In this document: in pieces, positions 7,843 through 18,114 of the stretch
How positions within the stretch are numbered: the stretch's first letter is position 1
How the letters are laid out: each line of letters opens with the position of its first letter
Source: Armatimonadota bacterium
Lineage (GTDB): Bacteria; Armatimonadota; UBA5829; DTLH01
NCBI GenBank assembly: GCA_038207085.1
Contig: JBBRAE010000026.1
Span: 1 to 38,616, forward strand
Length of the DNA stretch: 38,616 nt
Reading direction: 5' to 3'
Notes under the pieces: model-generated
Told to the model about the DNA's origin: nothing
The model's database searches: none
What the model saw: only the letters and a program-made list of their open reading frames with translations
Program-made: the position numbers and the translations under genes

Positions 7843-9117
7843 TTGGGGAACCAAAGCAAGAGCTCTCTTTTCAAACAGCGCAATTTTCGCCTGCTGACCA
7901 TCGGGGAAACAGTCTCTTCTCTTGGAGATCAGTTCACACTGATCGCTTTGCCCTGGTTGGTTTTGAAAATCTCCAATGACCCGGCCAGGCTTGGGCTGGT
8001 GATGGCCTTGGCGGCTGTGCCACGGGCTATCCTGATGCTTCTTGGCGGGGCGGTTGCCGATCGCTTCTCGCCGCGCGCGACTATGCTGGTATCCAACCTG
8101 GGCCGCCTGCTCCTGGTCTTGACCATGGGAGTGATAGCGGTCGTGGGAATAACAGAGCTATGGATGGTCTACGTCTTTGCTCTGCTGTTTGGGGTTGCCG
8201 ATGCTTTCTTTATTCCGGCTCAAAACAGCATCGTTCCCCGGGTAGCAGCAAGGGATCAGATTGGGCTCGCGAACACGGTGGTGCAGGGGATCAATCAGCT
8301 GAGCCAGTTTGCAGGTCCGTTTCTTGTCGGTGTCCTGATCGGTGTGCTGGATCATCGTGGCCACACCAACAGTGTCGGCTACGCTTTCCTGTTTGACTCG
8401 GTAACTTTTCTGATCTCTGTCGTTACGCTCGCCCTCATTTCTCTTAATAACGATCAGACAAACGCCGGAGAATCCATTCTTGAGTCCATAAAGAGCGGCT
8501 TGTCTCTGGTCTGGCGATGCAAGTCCCTGCGTTATCTGTTGATCGTGATCGCGGGGGTAAACTTCTTTCTGGTCGGCCCCTTTTTGGTCGGCATCCCGGT
8601 AGTTGCCAAGAGTGAACTGCCGGGTGGGGCGGCTGCGTATGGGATCATTATCGCGATGATGGGAATCGGAACACTGGTCGGCTTTATTCTAGCCGGTGCT
8701 TTGCCGAGTCCCAGAGAAGACCGGGTCGGCTCCGTTATCACGGCTTTGGTGGCTCTTATGGGGGTCGCTTTGATCGGCATGGGCTGGGCCCACTCGACTT
8801 TGGCCTTTGCTTCGTTGTCTTTTGCGATGTCGGTCGCCAATGGATACGTCTCTTTGGTTGCACTGACTATGATCCAGCAGTCGTTTCCAGAGAAAGTGCT
8901 GGGGCGGTTGATGAGTATTATCACATTTAGCGGGGTTGGACTGCTGCCGGTTTCTGAAGCGATCTCCGGGGTGGTCTTGCGATACGGCTCGACCGTGCTT
9001 TTCGTCGGCAGCGGACTTCTGTATGTGCTGTGGGTGTTGGCAATCGGGACGCGTCCAGAGGTTCGTCGTATCGGGGTGGAACTGAAGAAAGAGTATGGCG
9101 CGGGGGACACCAGTTGA
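7843..9117 (+). CDS. MFS transporter (DHA3/macrolide-efflux-like)
   Basis: About 12 hydrophobic segments; RNFRLL..GETVSSLGDQF, GGAVADRFSPR, LGRLMS. Confidence 0.9.
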   Translation: MGNQSKSSLFKQRNFRLLTIGETVSSLGDQFTLIALPWLVLKISNDPARLGLVMALAAVPRAILMLLGGAVADRFSPRATMLVSNLGRLLLVLTMGVIAVVGITELWMVYVFALLFGVADAFFIPAQNSIVPRVAARDQIGLANTVVQGINQLSQFAGPFLVGVLIGVLDHRGHTNSVGYAFLFDSVTFLISVVTLALISLNNDQTNAGESILESIKSGLSLVWRCKSLRYLLIVIAGVNFFLVGPFLVGIPVVAKSELPGGAAAYGIIIAMMGIGTLVGFILAGALPSPREDRVGSVITALVALMGVALIGMGWAHSTLAFASLSFAMSVANGYVSLVALTMIQQSFPEKVLGRLMSIITFSGVGLLPVSEAISGVVLRYGSTVLFVGSGLLYVLWVLAIGTRPEVRRIGVELKKEYGAGDTS

Positions 9118-9157
9118 GCCGACAGTTACGTAGTCGGCTCAACACCTGATGGGAAAA

Positions 9158-10387
9158 CTATTGTCTCTGCGAGCGAAGCCAGTTGGCCCAGTTCGGGTAG
9201 TCTCTGCTGAAGCTGAGTGTGGTGTAGCCGGTGTAGTACTCCTGGGGCGTAGGGACATAGATCGAAAGCCCGTGGCTTCTTGAGACCGAGCCGCTTGTGT
9301 GCGCTTCGTATACGACCGCCTGTCCCATAGCCGACTGCACCTGTGAGCACGCTGCCGATACCGCGGGACTTGGCAGCGCGTCTTTTATGTTCAGCGCATA
9401 GTCGAGCAGGTCTTTGTAGTAGCTGAACTTATACTCCTGGCAAGCCGCTCGCGCCCTGGCAAGTTCCGTTGCGCGGGTCAGGGCATAGGGCTGAATTGCC
9501 GAGCCGAGCTGATCGACCGCCGCCGCAAGCGCGGGAACAGCGGCGAGATTTACGACCGACTGGGTCACATCAAAGCGGTTGGTGTAGCTTGCGACGAACT
9601 TCTGGGCGATGCTCGTGCCAAGTTCAGAAGCGGTCATCGTGGGCCTCGATTTCAGCGCGCCAAGCCACTGATCGTAGATGTACCCCTCTCCGGGAGGGCT
9701 TTCTTCGGACCCGACCATATAAGCCGCGCTGTCTTTGATCTCATAGGCCACCTCCGTCATCTGCATAAGCGATGCGTCAAAGGCGACGAGGTCGAGCGGG
9801 GCCGAAGCTCCGGCAAGCGCGTAGGGAAGGTCGATGGTGCGGATACTCGTGCCGCTGGTGTCGTCAAAAGAGATGTTTCGGGTGATAGACTGAGCGGTCA
9901 TAGTCGACCTCCAGCCCGAGCCGTGGTTCCAGATGACAAGACACGTGTGGGTTGCCGGAAAATTGGTCTGTCCCCAGGTGATAAACTCCCGAAGCGTGCC
10001 GGGGTTCCCCATATCAACCTCGCCCATATCCTGAAGCATGGTCGATGTTATGGTCTGGGCGTTTGAGTCTCGGGTGACGAGATAGCGTCGGCAGCCGGTC
10101 CAGTTGTCGTTGGAGGTGTCGTAGCCTGAGGCGCGGTCTACCTGAACGACGATCTTGACGTTCGGGTCCGAGCCGACCTTTTCCATCTGGTTCAAATTGA
10201 GAAGCCCGTAAGGCTCAAGGTCGTTGTCGGCGTTCATGTAGACGAGGATCGTCCACTTGTTTTGGGTGTTGTCGATATTTCTGCCGTCGATCGGACCGGT
10301 CGAACCGCCTCCTCCGCCTCCACCGCATCCTGCGAGAAGAGCGCACAAGAGCGCCGAAACAGCAGACAACTTCGTAGCAAACGACAT
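9158..10387 (-). CDS. Clostripain-family (peptidase C11) lipoprotein with catalytic Cys replaced by Ser
   Basis: Lipobox LAGC + Gly linker; WTILVYMNADNDLE, MGEVDMG, IWNHGSGW, FDASLM, GSEE, GLSIY.P; start either 10387 (ATG) or 10414. Confidence 0.87.
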   Translation of the reverse strand: MSFATKLSAVSALLCALLAGCGGGGGGGSTGPIDGRNIDNTQNKWTILVYMNADNDLEPYGLLNLNQMEKVGSDPNVKIVVQVDRASGYDTSNDNWTGCRRYLVTRDSNAQTITSTMLQDMGEVDMGNPGTLREFITWGQTNFPATHTCLVIWNHGSGWRSTMTAQSITRNISFDDTSGTSIRTIDLPYALAGASAPLDLVAFDASLMQMTEVAYEIKDSAAYMVGSEESPPGEGYIYDQWLGALKSRPTMTASELGTSIAQKFVASYTNRFDVTQSVVNLAAVPALAAAVDQLGSAIQPYALTRATELARARAACQEYKFSYYKDLLDYALNIKDALPSPAVSAACSQVQSAMGQAVVYEAHTSGSVSRSHGLSIYVPTPQEYYTGYTTLSFSRDYPNWANWLRSQRQ

Positions 10388-10512
10388 TTTAAGTCCCACC
10401 AAATACACTCCCACCCGATTATCTGGAGCAAGCGGCTTTGGACCGCTATCAATATTGCCGCCTGCTCCCTAATTATTCCACCTTACGAGCATTCTATACA
10501 AGGCTTTGGTTG

Positions 10513-12648
10513 TTACCCAAGCTCAAACCCCGCAGTAACCCCTTGGGCGGCTCCAAGCTCGATGCTTCGGGTGTCGGCCTGGCTTCCGGCGACGCTTATG
10601 CGGTACTTGCCGGGAAGAAGCCTCGACTCGCCGTCCTCGCAGACGGTCGCGATCTGTTCGGGCTTCACCTCAAAGCTCACGCGCTTTTCTTCGCCCTGCG
10701 CGAGGTTGACGCGTGTGAACCCGACGAGTTTTCTGATCGGGACAGGCATCCCAGCCTCTTCAAGATACTTCAGATACACCTCGACGACTTCGTCGCCCGT
10801 GCGTTCGCCGGTGTTTTTGACGGTCGCCGAGACGGTGACTCCCGCGTCCTCTTCGCTAGTGAGCTCGATATCGCTGTAGGCGAATCGTGTGTAGGACAGC
10901 CCAAAGCCGAATGGGTAAAGCGGGCTTCCCTCAAAGTAGCGGTAGGTGCGGCCCTTCATCGAATAGTCTTCAAATGGAGGAAGCTCCTCGATCGAGCGCA
11001 CTACTGTGACAGGCATGCGCCCGGCTGGGTTGTAGTCGCCAAATATCACGTCGGCAACGGCGAGGCCACCGTCCTGGCCGGGGTAGAACACCTGCAGGAT
11101 CGCCGGGACGTGCTCGTCGGCCCAAGGGATGCTCATCGCGCTTCCCGAAACGTTTACCAAGATAACGGGTTTGCCGACCTCGTGGACGATCTCAAGGAGT
11201 CTCTGCTGCACTTCCGGCAGGTCGATCTTCACCCTGTCGCCGCCCGCATCTGAGTTGAACGCGTCGCCTTCCTCGCCCTCGATATCGGGTGTGATACCCA
11301 AGACCATCACGACCGCGTCGGATATTTGTGCGACCGAGACCGCTTCTGAGTAGTACTCCCCGCTCCAGAGGCCGGTCAGTGTCGACCCTTCCGAGTAGAG
11401 GAGCTTCACGCCGTTTGCCTCACACTTTTCGCGCAGCCCGTCGAGGATCGTGACATACTTCGAGGGCGTGCCGTTGTAGTTACCTAAGAGAACACGCACG
11501 TGCGTCGCGTTCGGCCCGATGACGCCAAGCGTCTTGATATTCTTGGCAATCGGCAGCGTATTGCCTACGTTCTTTAGAAGCACGATCGACTTGTGCGCAG
11601 CTTCAAGTGCAATCGCCCGGTGCTCGGGGGCGTCGTTTACTTCCCAGGGGATGCTACTGAAGGGAACTGCCTCCTCGGGGTCGAACATACCGAGGCGCAT
11701 CCGGGTCGTAAACAGGCGAACGAGCGAGCGGTCCAAGTCCTCTTCGGCGATAAGCCCGCGCTCGATGGCCGTCGTCAGGCTCGCGTAGACGCATCCGCAC
11801 TCGAGGTCGCAGCCGTTTTTCACGCTGATCGCGGCCGACTCGGCGGTGCACTGGGTCACTTTGTGGTGTTGGTGGATGTCTGCGATCGCCCCGCAGTCGC
11901 TTACGACGTGTCCGTCAAAGCCCCATTTGTCGCGCAGAATGTCAGAGAGAAGCGTCTTGCTCGCGCAACTCGGCTCCCCATTTACTCTGTTGTAAGCGCC
12001 CATTACAGCCTCGACTTTGGCCTCCTGGACAAGCTCGCGAAACGCCGGGAGATACGTCTCCCAGAGGTCTTTTTGGTCTACGATCGCGTCAAAGTGGTGG
12101 CGGTCTTTTTCCGGCCCGGAGTGGACCGCGTAGTGCTTGGCGCAGGCGGCGGCCTTCATATACTTGGGGTCATCCCCCTGCAGCCCTTTGACGAACGCCA
12201 CGCCGAGGCGGCCGGTGAGATACGGGTCCTCTCCGTAGGTCTCATGCCCGCGTCCCCACCTCGGGTCCCTGAAAATATTGATGTTCGGGCTCCAGAAAGT
12301 GAGTCCTCGGTAGATTGTATGGTCTCCCCTGCGCTGTGACTCGTTGTATTTGGCGCGCGCTTCGTCTGAGATCACGCGCGTCATGTCGGCGAACAGCCCG
12401 AGGTCCCAGGTAGCCGCAAGTCCGATCGCTTGTGGGAATACCGTAGCGACCCCGGCGCGCCCGACTCCATGCAGGCACTCATTCCACCAGTTGTATGACG
12501 CCACCGCGAGCCGCTCGATCGCGGGCGCATCGTGGAGCATCTGCTGGACCTTCTCCTGGGTGGTCATCCGCGAGACAAGGTCCGCTGCCCGCTCTTTCGC
12601 CGGGCGGGTGGTGTCTTTATAAATAGGCAAATCGTTTCCGTTAGACAT
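10513..12648 (-). CDS. Glycoside hydrolase family 3 (beta-xylosidase/beta-glucosidase-like)
   Basis: WWNECLHGV, WSPNINIFRDPRWGRGHETYGEDP, KHYAVH, VVSDCGA, EGEEGD, C-terminal Fn3-like domain. Confidence 0.95.
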   Translation of the reverse strand: MSNGNDLPIYKDTTRPAKERAADLVSRMTTQEKVQQMLHDAPAIERLAVASYNWWNECLHGVGRAGVATVFPQAIGLAATWDLGLFADMTRVISDEARAKYNESQRRGDHTIYRGLTFWSPNINIFRDPRWGRGHETYGEDPYLTGRLGVAFVKGLQGDDPKYMKAAACAKHYAVHSGPEKDRHHFDAIVDQKDLWETYLPAFRELVQEAKVEAVMGAYNRVNGEPSCASKTLLSDILRDKWGFDGHVVSDCGAIADIHQHHKVTQCTAESAAISVKNGCDLECGCVYASLTTAIERGLIAEEDLDRSLVRLFTTRMRLGMFDPEEAVPFSSIPWEVNDAPEHRAIALEAAHKSIVLLKNVGNTLPIAKNIKTLGVIGPNATHVRVLLGNYNGTPSKYVTILDGLREKCEANGVKLLYSEGSTLTGLWSGEYYSEAVSVAQISDAVVMVLGITPDIEGEEGDAFNSDAGGDRVKIDLPEVQQRLLEIVHEVGKPVILVNVSGSAMSIPWADEHVPAILQVFYPGQDGGLAVADVIFGDYNPAGRMPVTVVRSIEELPPFEDYSMKGRTYRYFEGSPLYPFGFGLSYTRFAYSDIELTSEEDAGVTVSATVKNTGERTGDEVVEVYLKYLEEAGMPVPIRKLVGFTRVNLAQGEEKRVSFEVKPEQIATVCEDGESRLLPGKYRISVAGSQADTRSIELGAAQGVTAGFELG

Positions 12649-12776
12649 ACTGACTCCTGCTATATGGTTGTTAGCACAACTATAACATGTAAAGGGATAA
12701 AAACGTAAGGGGGATAGCGTTTATGCTCAGATTGCGCTATCATATCAATGAACTTGCTATACAGGAGTATTCCAAT

Positions 12777-14282
12777 ATGAACAGTCGAGGTTTGTCCGCA
12801 AGTGTGACAGAGGACACCCGTGCCTTCTGCGAGGACGTCCGCCGCTTCGTCTCAGGTGATATGACCGCCGATGAGTTTCGGCCCAGGCGCGCGGTGATGG
12901 GGATCTACGAGCAGCGTGAGTACGGCACTTACATGCTGCGAGTGCGCTGTGCGGCGGGGGTGATTTTGCCCGATCAGGCAAGGCTTGTGGCCTCGCTTGC
13001 CCGCGAATACTCCTCGGGGATGATCCACTGCACCACCCGTCAGGACCTTCAAATCCACGGTGTCGCCGCAGAAAGCCTCCCCGATATGCTTGAGCGGTTG
13101 CTAGATGTTGGTATTTCCTGCCGTGGCGGCGGAGGCGACGCGGTCCGAAACGTCGCAGCGTGCCCGGGCTGCGGTGCGTTCGATGTGACCCACTACGCGC
13201 TCGCCGTCGCCGCGTACATGTCGCGTGACAGGGCAAACTACAAGCTTCCAAGGAAGTTCAAGATCGCCTTTTCGGGCTGCTCGTCGGACTGCGCCCTGGC
13301 CTCCGTCGCAGACCTCGGGTTCTTCGCACGCGTTCGGGACGGCGTCCGCGGCTTCAGCGTGTACGCAGGCGGCGGGATGGGCTCACGCCCGGCAGTCGGC
13401 GTTCTTGTAGAAGATTTCGTCCTCGATAGCTCGGTTTTTGAGATTGTGGAGGCTATGAAGCGGTTCTTTGACGCCCACGGCGACCGCACCAACCGCAGCC
13501 GCGCTCGTCTTCGTCACGTGGTCGAAAGGGTAGGGGCTGACGAGTTTCTTTCGCTCTATCGCGGGGAGCTTGAGCATGTAAAAAGCGAGAAAATCGAGTA
13601 CCCCAAGGTCGAGCTCGCCCCTGCGCCGGCCTCCGATACCCGAGCAGTCCGCCTCAGTTTTCCAAGCGGCAACCTCACCCCCGATCAGCTTGAGCGCGTT
13701 GCAGATCTTGCCGAAACCGGCGACGGGATGATCCGCGCGACCCAGGACGAGGAGCTTTTGCTTCGCCTCCCTGCGGAGTCGATCGCTTCTATCAACCCCG
13801 AACTTATCGCGCGCGGGTTTGTCAGGGCTGTCGCGTGTGTTGGCTCACATATCTGCAGGCTCGGCATCCGAAACTCCCCCGGCGTTGCCCGGGCGATAGA
13901 AGAGGCGCTTCAGGGGATGGGGCCAGTTGATGGAAAGATCAAGATCAGCGGCTGCCCTAACTCCTGCGGTCAGCACCTGACCGCGCCTGTCGGCTTGTGC
14001 GGCGCGGCGAAAAGAGTCGATGATCGGCAAGTTCCCAGCTATACAGTGTTCGTGGGCGGCAGAGTCGGCGAGGGCTCGGCAAATCTCGGCGAGCCCGTCG
14101 GTGTGGTCCCTGCAAAGTCAGTTCCGGGGATGATACGGGAGTTTGTTTCGCTGGCCAGAGATGGTGAAAACCTGGCAGACCTAGTCGACCGACTTGGATT
14201 GGAGCAACTGCGAGAACTCTGCGAGAAACATCAGGCAGTTCCATCGCTTGAGGTCTCGCCGGAGTATTATCAGGATTTCTGA
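12777..14282 (+). CDS. Nitrite/sulfite reductase (siroheme, 4Fe-4S) family protein
   Basis: GIYEQR, TTRQDLQIH, LPRKFKIAFSGC, RSRARLR, CVGSHIC and SGCPNSCG; AGGAG RBS before ATG at 12777. Confidence 0.88.
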   Translation: MNSRGLSASVTEDTRAFCEDVRRFVSGDMTADEFRPRRAVMGIYEQREYGTYMLRVRCAAGVILPDQARLVASLAREYSSGMIHCTTRQDLQIHGVAAESLPDMLERLLDVGISCRGGGGDAVRNVAACPGCGAFDVTHYALAVAAYMSRDRANYKLPRKFKIAFSGCSSDCALASVADLGFFARVRDGVRGFSVYAGGGMGSRPAVGVLVEDFVLDSSVFEIVEAMKRFFDAHGDRTNRSRARLRHVVERVGADEFLSLYRGELEHVKSEKIEYPKVELAPAPASDTRAVRLSFPSGNLTPDQLERVADLAETGDGMIRATQDEELLLRLPAESIASINPELIARGFVRAVACVGSHICRLGIRNSPGVARAIEEALQGMGPVDGKIKISGCPNSCGQHLTAPVGLCGAAKRVDDRQVPSYTVFVGGRVGEGSANLGEPVGVVPAKSVPGMIREFVSLARDGENLADLVDRLGLEQLRELCEKHQAVPSLEVSPEYYQDF

Positions 14283-14308
14283 GGTGATATGATCGAAACC
14301 AATCTTCT

Positions 14309-16315
14309 CTACGCAGCCTTTTCTTCGCTGTCACGGAACCGCTCTACGAACGCTTCGACGACACGGGGGTCAAACTGAGTCCCCGCTCCTGTCTGAAGCT
14401 CCGCAAGCGCCGCTTCCACCGCCATAGCCTTGCGGTAAGGCCTGTCCGAGGTCATCGCGTCAAAGGAGTCAGCGACCGCCATGATTCGGGCCATCAGAGG
14501 GATCGCTTCGCCCTTAAGCCCGTCGGGGTAGCCCAGGCCGTCCCACCTTTCGTGATGAAATACTATCGCGGGGATTACCTGATCCATGTGAGGTGTACGC
14601 CTGAGCATGTTTCCGCCAATAACGGGGTGCTTCCTCACTTCTGCCCGTTCCTGCTGGGATAGGCTCCCCGGCTTGTTCAACACAGCCTCCGACACTCCCA
14701 TCTTTCCGAGGTCGTGCAGGAGTCCGGCGATGCGCAGGCCATCAATCATCGGCTGCCCGGCTGAGAGTGCCCCCGCAATCTCCTGAGCATACCATGACAC
14801 CCGCTCTGAGTGACCGCTTGTGCCGCTGTCTTTAGCGTCTATGGCTGCAGTGAGGGAAGCGACCGCGGACTTGCTCGGACTGTGGAGCATGTTGTAAAGG
14901 TCCTGCGGGTCCATGCCATCCTCCCCTTCAGGCGCTTTGTAAGCTATTACACTGTTTCGGCTGACGTGTTTTGCTCGGCAGAGAGCGATATCGGCGGCCA
15001 TCGCGAGCCCGTCTTTGGAAGCGTGGTCGGCCGGGTATGTCGCGGCGCCTATGGTTATGGTGAGCCTGAGAGGCTTGCTGTCCCTCGGGCTTGCCGATAT
15101 GCCGGAGAGCTCACCTACAGGTATCGCGAGGAATGTGTGGGCCTCTACGCTTGCCCTGATCCGTTCGGCAGCGAGCAGTGCCTGTTCGTGATCGGTGTCA
15201 GGGAGTATCACCGCAAACTCGTCGCCTCCGTAACGCACGGGGATGTCGATCTCGCGGACGCTTTGGCGGATGACCTCCGCAAGCTGCGCGACCGCGCTGT
15301 CACCGACGATGTGCCCTAGGGTGTCGTTGATGCACTTGAACCGGTCGAGGTCCATCATCAGCACGCTCAGCTGCCGGTCGTGGCGTTTGGCCCGGGCGAT
15401 CTCGTCCTGAAGCCTGGTGTGGAAATACATGTGGTTATATAGCCCGGTCAAAAAGTCCCGGGATGTGCCTTCTATCAGCCGATCGCGCGATTCTTTAAGT
15501 CCGCAGATCATTCGGTTGAACATGTCGGCGAGTTCGCCGGTTTCGTCCTTCCAGGGGACCCGCATCCTGAAGTCAAGGTCGCCTTCCTCTATCCGAGTGG
15601 CAGCGTCGGTGAACACCCGTATCCGCCCGATCACCGATCGTGCGCCAATGAGCGCAAGCGCCAGCGCGATTGCAACAGCCATTGCGGCGCTGGTTTTCGC
15701 GGACTTTCGGAAAGCTGCTTCGTCTGCCCTTATCTTATCTGCGCACATGTCTATGCCGAGAATCCCCTGCACCCGGCCATGTGAGTCGGTAATGGGCGCG
15801 TACCCTGAGAGAAAATAGCCCCACTGGTCGCCTGTGATATCACGGTCGGCGCAGGGTTTCTGAAATCCGGCGAGCATTTGGGGAGCCTTTTGGGCATCGT
15901 AGGAGTCGCCGGGGCGTCCGGCATCGCTCTCGGAAGACTCATCAATGACAAACCGAAGCATGCCGTGACTGTCGCCTTTTCGCATTATGTAGATAAAGCG
16001 CGCCGAGTCGTCGGCGGCCTTTATCTTGTGGAGCTGCGCGCGGAGTGCGCGGAAAGCGGGCTTGGACTCATCACTTCGGATATGAATCTGTCCGAGCAGG
16101 TCGCCGTCGATCTGCGACGCCGAAACCGAGGCGACGTTCGTCAACCGCTCCCGCAGTTGCTCGCGGAGCGCTCGCTTGGAGCCCGTGTACAGCGTATAGC
16201 TCGCGTGCGCCGATATCAAAAGACACGCGCACACTGATCCGACAACAACTCTTCGTCTGAGAGAACGACTGCGTCTGCGGTCGATGGTCTCCGAACAACC
16301 CACAATGGCCTCCAT
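14309..16315 (-). CDS. Membrane sensor-HAMP-GGDEF-HD-GYP c-di-GMP signalling protein
   Basis: Two TM segments, HAMP (DETGELA..FNRM), RYGGDEF, HSERV, LHDLGK, HHERWDGLGYP. Confidence 0.92.
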   Translation of the reverse strand: MEAIVGCSETIDRRRSRSLRRRVVVGSVCACLLISAHASYTLYTGSKRALREQLRERLTNVASVSASQIDGDLLGQIHIRSDESKPAFRALRAQLHKIKAADDSARFIYIMRKGDSHGMLRFVIDESSESDAGRPGDSYDAQKAPQMLAGFQKPCADRDITGDQWGYFLSGYAPITDSHGRVQGILGIDMCADKIRADEAAFRKSAKTSAAMAVAIALALALIGARSVIGRIRVFTDAATRIEEGDLDFRMRVPWKDETGELADMFNRMICGLKESRDRLIEGTSRDFLTGLYNHMYFHTRLQDEIARAKRHDRQLSVLMMDLDRFKCINDTLGHIVGDSAVAQLAEVIRQSVREIDIPVRYGGDEFAVILPDTDHEQALLAAERIRASVEAHTFLAIPVGELSGISASPRDSKPLRLTITIGAATYPADHASKDGLAMAADIALCRAKHVSRNSVIAYKAPEGEDGMDPQDLYNMLHSPSKSAVASLTAAIDAKDSGTSGHSERVSWYAQEIAGALSAGQPMIDGLRIAGLLHDLGKMGVSEAVLNKPGSLSQQERAEVRKHPVIGGNMLRRTPHMDQVIPAIVFHHERWDGLGYPDGLKGEAIPLMARIMAVADSFDAMTSDRPYRKAMAVEAALAELQTGAGTQFDPRVVEAFVERFRDSEEKAA

Positions 16316-16389
16316 ACAAACATGCTACTGAGGCAGCCAATTACTGCTTAGATGTTATGCCATATATGGAGGCCGTTGACCAATATATT

Positions 16390-18114
16390 TTACCAGCCTC
16401 CGCCTCCTCCGCCTCCACCACCACCGCCGGAAGACCCGCCCGAAAACCCGGAGCCCCCACCGCTCCAGCTGCTTCCGCCGCCCTGGGACCTCGGCGTCGA
16501 GGCCATGCTGTTCGCCCAGCTGCTTGTGGCGTAGTCGAGGTCGTTTACAAAGAGTATGGGATAGAAAGACCCGCCTCCACCATACCAGCTCGGAGTCTGC
16601 AGCTCGAGCCCCTCAAATGCCCGGGCCCACTTGTTCGCGACCCCAAAGGCCATCGCGTAGGGCAGGAACTTCTCAAACTGGTCGAGCTTTTCCTGCATAT
16701 GGATGTCATTGCGCTCGGCTCGGGAAAGATATTCTTCAAAGCCTCGGGTGTTCACAAGCGCGTCTTTACCTTTGGCCGTCTTGCGGGGCATCGCTTTTGA
16801 GGAGAGTGCGAGGATTCCGCCGCAGACCGCGAGTGCAATCGGCCAGCCGACAGGAATTGTCCCCTCATTAGACGCCATAAGCGCCCCGACTATCCCGACT
16901 GCTGCGATCAGCAGTCCCACCGACAGATAGTTACTGCGCACCGAGTCGGGCCGATATCCGAAGTAGCCATATTTCGTCATAGCGTTGTATAGATGGTCTC
17001 GCAGCTTCGGCAGGTAGACGTAAAAATTGTTCTCCAGGCTTGACATCCACCGGCTTTCCCCAGCGCTGAATATCCCTCGGATCATCTCGCGCTCGAACGG
17101 TTTCAAGTCGGGGTCTTTGACGGCCTCATCGTAGGGTTTCTTCAGGTCGAAGCAATAGTCTGACTTGCTTGTGAGAAACCCCTTATATTCATGCGGGGTG
17201 ATCGTGAGGTACCCCCGGACGGCGAGGTCGATGATCGTCGCGGAGATGTCGCGCATGTCTACCTTTTCATCGATCAGTGTGCCGAGTTCAGCGGGTCGAA
17301 GATCGTCGGGAGGCTCGTAGGCGACCATCACGGAACGCCCGGTGTCGGGGTCGCATCCGAACTTCTTCCAGTAGAAAAACAGCAGCAATATGAAGGCGGG
17401 CGGGAGGAAGAAGAAGCCATTGTCCTTGATAAAGCCCCACCAGCGCTCGGACTTGCTCGGTTCGGCGACGACGCCCTTCGGCCAGCCGACTACGATCGTC
17501 ATAGACTCGCCCGGCGTAAGCGGGCGCTTCATTACAAAGTGCGCGGTGTGCCCGTTGGGGTGTTCGCCGATGGCGTCAGACGAGGTCATTCCATACGTCC
17601 CGGTGTAGCTTGTCATCCTCGGGCCGCCGGGGACGTCTTTGGGCAGTGTGACGATAGCCTCTGCCTGCCTGATCGGCACTTCCCACTCGCTTCCGATGGC
17701 GTTCCAGTAGAGCTCGTCCCACTGGTCAAAGTAGTGGATCGCCCGGGTGAGCTTGTAGCTTATCAAATATACCTGCGGGGTGTCGAAGGTCACGTTCGGG
17801 TCGCCGATCCTGAGGCGCAGCCGTCCGTTTTGTTTGCTTTGGGTGAATTGCCAGGGGGTCCCGTTTTCGTTTGTGACACTTGTTATGTCGTAGCGGACGT
17901 TGCGGTTGTTGCCGTATTTGTCCTTCATACTGTAGGGCAGATCGCGAAAGATGCCGCGATGCGCGTCGCCTGTGAAGTCGGCGTAGACCGTCTCTGTGAC
18001 CAGGATGCTCGAGTCCGACTGCACGTCCATCTTGATGACGTAGTTACTGATATCCCAACCAAACGCCGAGCAAGCAAGCGCCAGAAGTGCGAGTGTGAAG
18101 AAAATCCGTTTCAC
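16390..18114 (-). CDS. DUF2207 family membrane protein
   Basis: Signal peptide, RGIFRD, ELYWNAIG..W, LPYAMAFG, Gly-rich GGGGGGW C-terminus; directly after lemA. Confidence 0.9.
   Translation of the reverse strand: MKRIFFTLALLALACSAFGWDISNYVIKMDVQSDSSILVTETVYADFTGDAHRGIFRDLPYSMKDKYGNNRNVRYDITSVTNENGTPWQFTQSKQNGRLRLRIGDPNVTFDTPQVYLISYKLTRAIHYFDQWDELYWNAIGSEWEVPIRQAEAIVTLPKDVPGGPRMTSYTGTYGMTSSDAIGEHPNGHTAHFVMKRPLTPGESMTIVVGWPKGVVAEPSKSERWWGFIKDNGFFFLPPAFILLLFFYWKKFGCDPDTGRSVMVAYEPPDDLRPAELGTLIDEKVDMRDISATIIDLAVRGYLTITPHEYKGFLTSKSDYCFDLKKPYDEAVKDPDLKPFEREMIRGIFSAGESRWMSSLENNFYVYLPKLRDHLYNAMTKYGYFGYRPDSVRSNYLSVGLLIAAVGIVGALMASNEGTIPVGWPIALAVCGGILALSSKAMPRKTAKGKDALVNTRGFEEYLSRAERNDIHMQEKLDQFEKFLPYAMAFGVANKWARAFEGLELQTPSWYGGGGSFYPILFVNDLDYATSSWANSMASTPRSQGGGSSWSGGGSGFSGGSSGGGGGGGGGGGW

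Noticed and set aside
16390..16480. GGN/CCN-rich low-complexity repeat
   Set aside because: Encodes the normal Gly-rich C-terminus of DUF2207 proteins.
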